A stretch of DNA of 64,000 bases from Longimicrobiales bacterium (GTDB lineage: Bacteria; Gemmatimonadota; Gemmatimonadetes; Longimicrobiales; Gaopeijiaceae). The stretch covers positions 1-64,000 of the forward strand of contig CBDCNQ010000003.1 of assembly GCA_965219445.1 (NCBI GenBank), in the 5' to 3' direction. The translations under genes were made by a program, and so were the position numbers. Positions 59,152 through 64,000 of this stretch are shown here, piece by piece (the first letter of the stretch is position 1; each line of letters opens with the position of its first letter). The notes beneath the pieces were generated by a model. That model made no database searches. It was not told where the DNA came from and worked only from the letters and a program-made list of their open reading frames with translations.

Positions 59152-60873
59152 TTGAAGATTCGAACCCTCATGCTTGAACTCTGCCTTCCCTGGGCGATGC
59201 TCGCCATCCTCGTCGTGGGAACCGAGGCAGTGGCCCAAACGCAGCTACCGGAGTGGGAGCCGATCACGATGGAGCGGCTGCTGAACCCGGAGGACGGCGA
59301 CTGGCTGAACTACCGGCGCACCTATGACGTGTTCGGCTTCAGCCCCCTGGAACAGATCAACAGGACGAACGTTCAAGATCTTCGACCGGTCTGGTCCTAC
59401 TCGATGCGGGATAACAGCCGATGGATACCCACGCCGGTTGTCGCGAACGGGCTCATGTATGTCGCCGAGGGCAGCGGCCGCGTAGTCGCCTTCGACGTAG
59501 TCTCGGGTGACGTCGCGTGGATACACGAGCGGAGCTATCCCGAGGACATCCAGGTTTCCCAGGCCTACCGCCGGCACCGTGGTGTCTCCGTCTACGACGA
59601 CAAGATCTACTGGGGGACGGCCGACTCCTACCTGGTCGCCCTGGACGCGCGCACGGGGGAACAGATCTGGGAGGTCAGGACGGGTGACTACCATACGGGC
59701 ATAGGCCACAACCACCCTCCCTTGATCGCCGAAGGCAAGATCATCCTGGGATTCACCGGGGGTGACCGTGGCGCCCGCGGTACAATCGCCGCGCACGATC
59801 CCCAGAGTGGTGAGCTGATCTGGAAGACCTACACCGTTCCCGCCCCGGGTGAGCCCGGTTCGGAGAGCTGGAAGGATAGTGACTACCCACCACTCGGTGG
59901 GGCGACGTGGGGCACGCAAAGTTACGATCCCGAGTTGGGGTTCGTCTATTTCGGCACCGGTCAGCCGAGGCCCTGGTCTTCGACGCTTCGCGGTCTTGGC
60001 GATGCGTTGTACACGAACTCGGTCATCGCGCTCGACATCGAGAACGGCGAGATGCAGTGGTACTTTCAGGTCGTTCCGGAAGACAATTGGGACATGGACT
60101 CCCCGTACGAGAGCACCTTGGTCGATCTGGTCATCAATGGGGAAGTCCGTCAGGTCCTCATCCATACCAGCAAGATTGGTTGGGGCGTCGTGTTGGACCG
60201 GGAGACGGGCAACTTCATTCACTCATTCAGGACCGCCTACGACAATCTCATTATGGGTTGGACCGAAGAGGGGCGCCCGATCTTCAACCCGGATCAGATC
60301 CCTACACCGGCGGATGTCGACTCCGACAAAGTCTTCGAGGTGTGCCCGCACTATCACGGGGCGAGGAATCTGAATTCGCCGAGCTACAGTCCGCTCACGG
60401 GACTGTATTACATGGGCCTCAACAACAGCTGCATGGACGTCAATTTCGTCTCGGAGGAGCCGGGAGGGAGATACGCTGGCATGAGAGGCAGTCCCAAACT
60501 GGTGCCCGGCTACGACCACGTAGGGGAGTTCGTAGCCTTCGATCCGATCACGGGGGAGCGGGCATGGGAGTACCGACTGCCGAGCGGGGCCGCGATGACG
60601 GCCGCCGCGCTGGCGACGGCAGGTGGCGTCGTGTTCGGGGGAGCTGCGGATCGTCGGTTTTTTGCACTCGACACGGACACGGGGGAGGCCCTTTGGGAGA
60701 TGCGCTTGAACGGCGACATATCCGGTGCCCCGGTCACCTTCGAGGTCGGGGGGAGGCAGTATGTCGCTGTCGGCGCGGGTGGTCGTATCGCCCAGACAAC
60801 TTCGTACGCTCGGCTGACGGGTGAGAATATTCCGCAAGGAAGCGGCGTCATGTGGGTGTTCGCCCTGCCATAG
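59152..60873 (+). CDS. PQQ-dependent alcohol-dehydrogenase-family protein
   Basis: DWLNYRR, FSPLEQIN, GGATW, WYFQ..PEDNWDMD, GRQYVAV; TTG start with GGAGG. Confidence 0.88.
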   Translation: MKIRTLMLELCLPWAMLAILVVGTEAVAQTQLPEWEPITMERLLNPEDGDWLNYRRTYDVFGFSPLEQINRTNVQDLRPVWSYSMRDNSRWIPTPVVANGLMYVAEGSGRVVAFDVVSGDVAWIHERSYPEDIQVSQAYRRHRGVSVYDDKIYWGTADSYLVALDARTGEQIWEVRTGDYHTGIGHNHPPLIAEGKIILGFTGGDRGARGTIAAHDPQSGELIWKTYTVPAPGEPGSESWKDSDYPPLGGATWGTQSYDPELGFVYFGTGQPRPWSSTLRGLGDALYTNSVIALDIENGEMQWYFQVVPEDNWDMDSPYESTLVDLVINGEVRQVLIHTSKIGWGVVLDRETGNFIHSFRTAYDNLIMGWTEEGRPIFNPDQIPTPADVDSDKVFEVCPHYHGARNLNSPSYSPLTGLYYMGLNNSCMDVNFVSEEPGGRYAGMRGSPKLVPGYDHVGEFVAFDPITGERAWEYRLPSGAAMTAAALATAGGVVFGGAADRRFFALDTDTGEALWEMRLNGDISGAPVTFEVGGRQYVAVGAGGRIAQTTSYARLTGENIPQGSGVMWVFALP

Positions 60874-61005
60874 ACCAAACAGCTCGGTGCTTGACAGAGA
60901 CGGTGGCCCCGCTTCATTTGTGTTGCGATGGAAGAGTGGGCCCAAATTCCTGCCTAGCCCCGGACGCGTAGCCCGGTGGTGATTCCTGACTTGGGAGGTA
61001 GCAAA

Positions 61006-61611
61006 ATGGCGATCTCGCCGTGGCTTCGTAAATCGGTGTTGTTCATGCTCTGGTTTTCCCTGTTCACCGTAGTGGTCGTAATCGTGGCTTCCAACAAGCA
61101 ATATGGATACGCCCAGCCACCTGCGGATGCCCTGGCGGCGCAGGAGGCCCCTGGATGTCCAGGTGAGAGGATGGGAGTCCAGGCCACGGGCGAATACCGC
61201 AGCGCGATGACGGAGAACGGAGAATACAGGGATGGAAGCCAGATTGTGCACGTCAACGGGGAACCGTGGGGAGGCGCCGATTGGGCGCCGGGTGACCGCT
61301 CTTACTGGCACTGCCACCGTGGTGGCCAGCTCCTAGTGATGTGGGAAGGCGAGGGTCGTACGCAGGAACGAGGGCAAAGGGTTCGCATCATCAGACGGGG
61401 CGAGATGTCCTACGCCGCGCCCTGGCAGGAGCACTGGCACGGGGCGTCCCCAGACGAGCATGGCCATTGGTTGCAGTCTTCCCTCCAACCCACCGGAACT
61501 CACTGGATGGAGGAAGTGAGTGACGACGACTACCTGGGGAACGACATCGGGATCAACTCCCGGAATGAGTTCCTGGCCAACGGCGTCCGGGAGAAATATC
61601 CGGGTCGCTGA
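61006..61611 (+). CDS. secreted cupin-domain protein
   Basis: YWHCHRGGQ..WEGEG, EHWHGA, WMEEVS; paralog of 45675. Confidence 0.8.
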   Translation: MAISPWLRKSVLFMLWFSLFTVVVVIVASNKQYGYAQPPADALAAQEAPGCPGERMGVQATGEYRSAMTENGEYRDGSQIVHVNGEPWGGADWAPGDRSYWHCHRGGQLLVMWEGEGRTQERGQRVRIIRRGEMSYAAPWQEHWHGASPDEHGHWLQSSLQPTGTHWMEEVSDDDYLGNDIGINSRNEFLANGVREKYPGR

Positions 61612-61617
61612 CGGCCC

Positions 61618-62394
61618 CTATCTACCGACCTCCACCTCTCCGGCTTGCCACTGCTCCGTCATCCACTCGCCGGCGGCCTGTAAGGGAGCGATGTAGCTTC
61701 CCATCATGTAATGACTGGCCCCTGCGAGCCGTATCATCCGCACTCTATGACCCCGCTCCGTAAGTAGTCTGGCGGTTTCCTCGGCGGGCTCGTATGGGAC
61801 GACTTCGTCGTCCGGACTGTGAATGAGGTGAACAGGCATAGTCCCGAGTCCATCCAGCGCATCGTCCCCTCGGGACGCCGCAATCGGGATAGCGCCGGTG
61901 AACAGGTCGGCGTGACGGGTGGCCAGGTACCACGTGCCCCGACCACCCATGCTGAAGCCCGTGACGAGGATTCGCCCGCGATCGATGACGTGATTCTCGA
62001 GCACATCGTTCAAGAGGGCCAGGACCGCCCGTTCCGAGTCCTCGTTCGCCCAGTTCCGCGCTGGAACGTCGGGTGCCACGATCACCGCCCCCCAGCCGCG
62101 CAGTGCCGGGTCGACGATCTGCTGCATGAAGGCGCTCCCGTAATACCTGGATCGACCTCCAGGATGCAGGGCGAGGATCAGCGGGCGTGGGTTATTGGGG
62201 CTGCCGTCGTACTCAGCCGGGAGTGAGATCGCGTAAAGCATCTCCTGTCCGCCGGCTAACTCGAAGACGGTCTCGGTCACGCGGGGAGCCGCTGGCGTTT
62301 GGGCAAACAGCTGTGTGACGGGCGCTCCCGAGACCAGCGCCCCCGACACGAGCAGCAACACGCCAGCGAGAAACCGGGTCAAAGGAGTATTCAC
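61618..62394 (-). CDS. secreted esterase/alpha-beta hydrolase
   Basis: LALHPGG, GFSMGG, HSPDDEVVP. Confidence 0.85.
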   Translation of the reverse strand: MNTPLTRFLAGVLLLVSGALVSGAPVTQLFAQTPAAPRVTETVFELAGGQEMLYAISLPAEYDGSPNNPRPLILALHPGGRSRYYGSAFMQQIVDPALRGWGAVIVAPDVPARNWANEDSERAVLALLNDVLENHVIDRGRILVTGFSMGGRGTWYLATRHADLFTGAIPIAASRGDDALDGLGTMPVHLIHSPDDEVVPYEPAEETARLLTERGHRVRMIRLAGASHYMMGSYIAPLQAAGEWMTEQWQAGEVEVGR

Positions 62395-63048
62395 TCAGTT
62401 CAGCCCTTCGCCTTCGGCCATCAGTGTCATGTGTCGCCTCACCTGTTCGAGTCCGCCCTCACCCTCCGCTAACGAGATCGCCCCATCACCCGAGACATCG
62501 GTGCCGGCGGTGAGCTCTTCGCACAAGTCCCGTAGTTGTAGAACCACGTTGTAGGCTCGGTTGTAGTCACTCATCGGCAGGATTTGTCCCGCAAGGTCCA
62601 CGATCTGGTCTGCGCGCTGGGACACAGCTCTCGCGGCGGCTGCGACGTGCCCCGCGTGGGTCCGAACGTTTTCGGAAGCAGCGTCTGAACCTGTAGCCAA
62701 TTCGATGTGCCGAACGATTCCCTCGGCGGCAGCTTTCACCCCGAATCCCAAACCTGGGCCTCTTTCGAACTCCGCAGGATCGATCGCGTTCAGTACGTGC
62801 CTCGCGTGCTGTTTCATAGGATCGATGTTCGTGGGGTCGCGGGCCGCGAGCCGAGCGTGTTGCAGGGCTATTGCCGCCTCGGCCTCGGAGGTGGGCAACA
62901 GGCCCTCTCCCTCGGGAGTGGAGGCGAACGCCTCGAGGACGTGCCGGATGTGCGTATGGGAGGCATTGGCTTCCTGGGCGATCACGGCATCCGGGAGCAA
63001 TCCTCCGACCGCGGCAAGCGCGAGCGATAACACTAATCTGTGCGGCAT
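62395..63048 (-). CDS. secreted His-rich helical protein
   Basis: SHTHIRHV, HARHVLNAIDP, GPGLGFG. Confidence 0.75.
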   Translation of the reverse strand: MPHRLVLSLALAAVGGLLPDAVIAQEANASHTHIRHVLEAFASTPEGEGLLPTSEAEAAIALQHARLAARDPTNIDPMKQHARHVLNAIDPAEFERGPGLGFGVKAAAEGIVRHIELATGSDAASENVRTHAGHVAAAARAVSQRADQIVDLAGQILPMSDYNRAYNVVLQLRDLCEELTAGTDVSGDGAISLAEGEGGLEQVRRHMTLMAEGEGLN

Positions 63049-63217
63049 GTGAGCCCTCCAACTGGAAGAGCGAGACGGGCACCAGGGCACTGTCGTCCCA
63101 GGGCGGGGGAACCAGGTCGTCCCGCGGGTGGAGTGATCTTGGCATGTGGGGGTGCCGCTCGGCAACTCCTGATCCGTGCCGACCGTCTGGGGGCTCCGGA
63201 CGTGGCGTCCTCTCCGG

Positions 63218-63934
63218 TCAGTCGTCGTCGCGGTCTTTCTGGTCGATCGCCTCGATCGTGACCCATCCCAGGGCTTTTGCCGCGGAGTACCGGTACGCGC
63301 GCTCACGAAACGCGACGAAGCTCACTGCAGAGGCCAGGATGCTCACCAAGAACACCTGAGAGCGGATGATCGGGAAGGGTCCAATCGACCCCACGCCGTC
63401 GAGGGCGGCGACGGGGGCCCAAAAGGGCAGGATGAAGGCCAGGAAGGCCAGCGGGATAATGAAGCCGCGGGCCACCCGGTACTGTTCACGATACACCTGG
63501 ATCATCTCGAAGACGTGGGGTGCACGGACCATGAGCTGGCACTCGACACCGTGCATGAACGCAGCGGCCACGACTGCGCGATCGTCGGGGTCTTCCTCCT
63601 CCCACAGGTCCGCAAAGGTGGGTCCTCCCCGCAAGGGATGGACTCTGCCGAGGGCCGCCAGGCGGTTTCTCACCGCCCTGCTCCCCAAGATCTCTACGGT
63701 CCACCGCCCCTTCTGCTTGTGGAAGAGCCCTCGTGAGATCGTATGCATGACAACGCCCAGCGCGAACGACACCGTCAGAGCGGCCAGGAAGACGAACATT
63801 GCCTGACTCCCGGTCCATGCCGGGATCCCCTCGACGTTGAACGTCGGTGACCATACATCGGCCAGCACAAGCAGGACCATCGAAGTGAACAGACCGTGGA
63901 CCAGGTTGGTGAGTGACAGGTAGATCGTTCGCAT
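63218..63934 (-). CDS. membrane protein of unknown function
   Basis: About four hydrophobic segments; start uncertain, the ORF is open to the window end. Confidence 0.65.
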   Translation of the reverse strand: MRTIYLSLTNLVHGLFTSMVLLVLADVWSPTFNVEGIPAWTGSQAMFVFLAALTVSFALGVVMHTISRGLFHKQKGRWTVEILGSRAVRNRLAALGRVHPLRGGPTFADLWEEEDPDDRAVVAAAFMHGVECQLMVRAPHVFEMIQVYREQYRVARGFIIPLAFLAFILPFWAPVAALDGVGSIGPFPIIRSQVFLVSILASAVSFVAFRERAYRYSAAKALGWVTIEAIDQKDRDDD

Positions 63935-64000
63935 CGGTGGAACTCCGGGGCGTTGGGGTGACGGAGTGTCTTCAGTAGGCCGTGCGATCTCGAACTCCAT

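Overview
High-GC bacterial DNA. The Ser/Thr-kinase and surface-protein styles suggest Gemmatimonadota, possibly host-associated (inference). Scattered single-base frameshifts suggest a long-read assembly. (1) 1-15.5 kb is a nested accessory island. A Cre-like recombinase gene is bracketed by a perfect 32-bp inverted pair of lox-like sites, between a GAF sensor gene and a 1781-aa LRR/FN3/Calx-beta surface protein: a candidate self-contained inversion switch whose -10 box lies in the crossover spacer. AlpA/HTH genes follow, then a tyrosine integrase split in-frame by a 5.7-kb element (P4-like integrase, TonB-dependent receptor, decayed mob genes, 14-bp att repeats). (2) 15.7-31.8 kb holds hydrolases, tRNA-Pro, and two inverted IS1595-family copies whose swapped 8-bp target duplications record an inversion of an NYN-nuclease gene, plus HicAB, VapBC and a toxin-deleted TA module. 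(3) 31.9-34.3 kb is a 17-tRNA array. (4) 34.2-43.3 kb is an integrase-less island at tRNA-Ser(CGA) with attC-like half sites, followed by a class C group II intron. (5) 43-64 kb is a twice-repeated set of secreted redox genes: PQQ dehydrogenases, cupins, heme-c-fused PHM-like copper monooxygenases and PAL-like NHL proteins, resembling a bacterial peptide-amidation (PAM-like) system.
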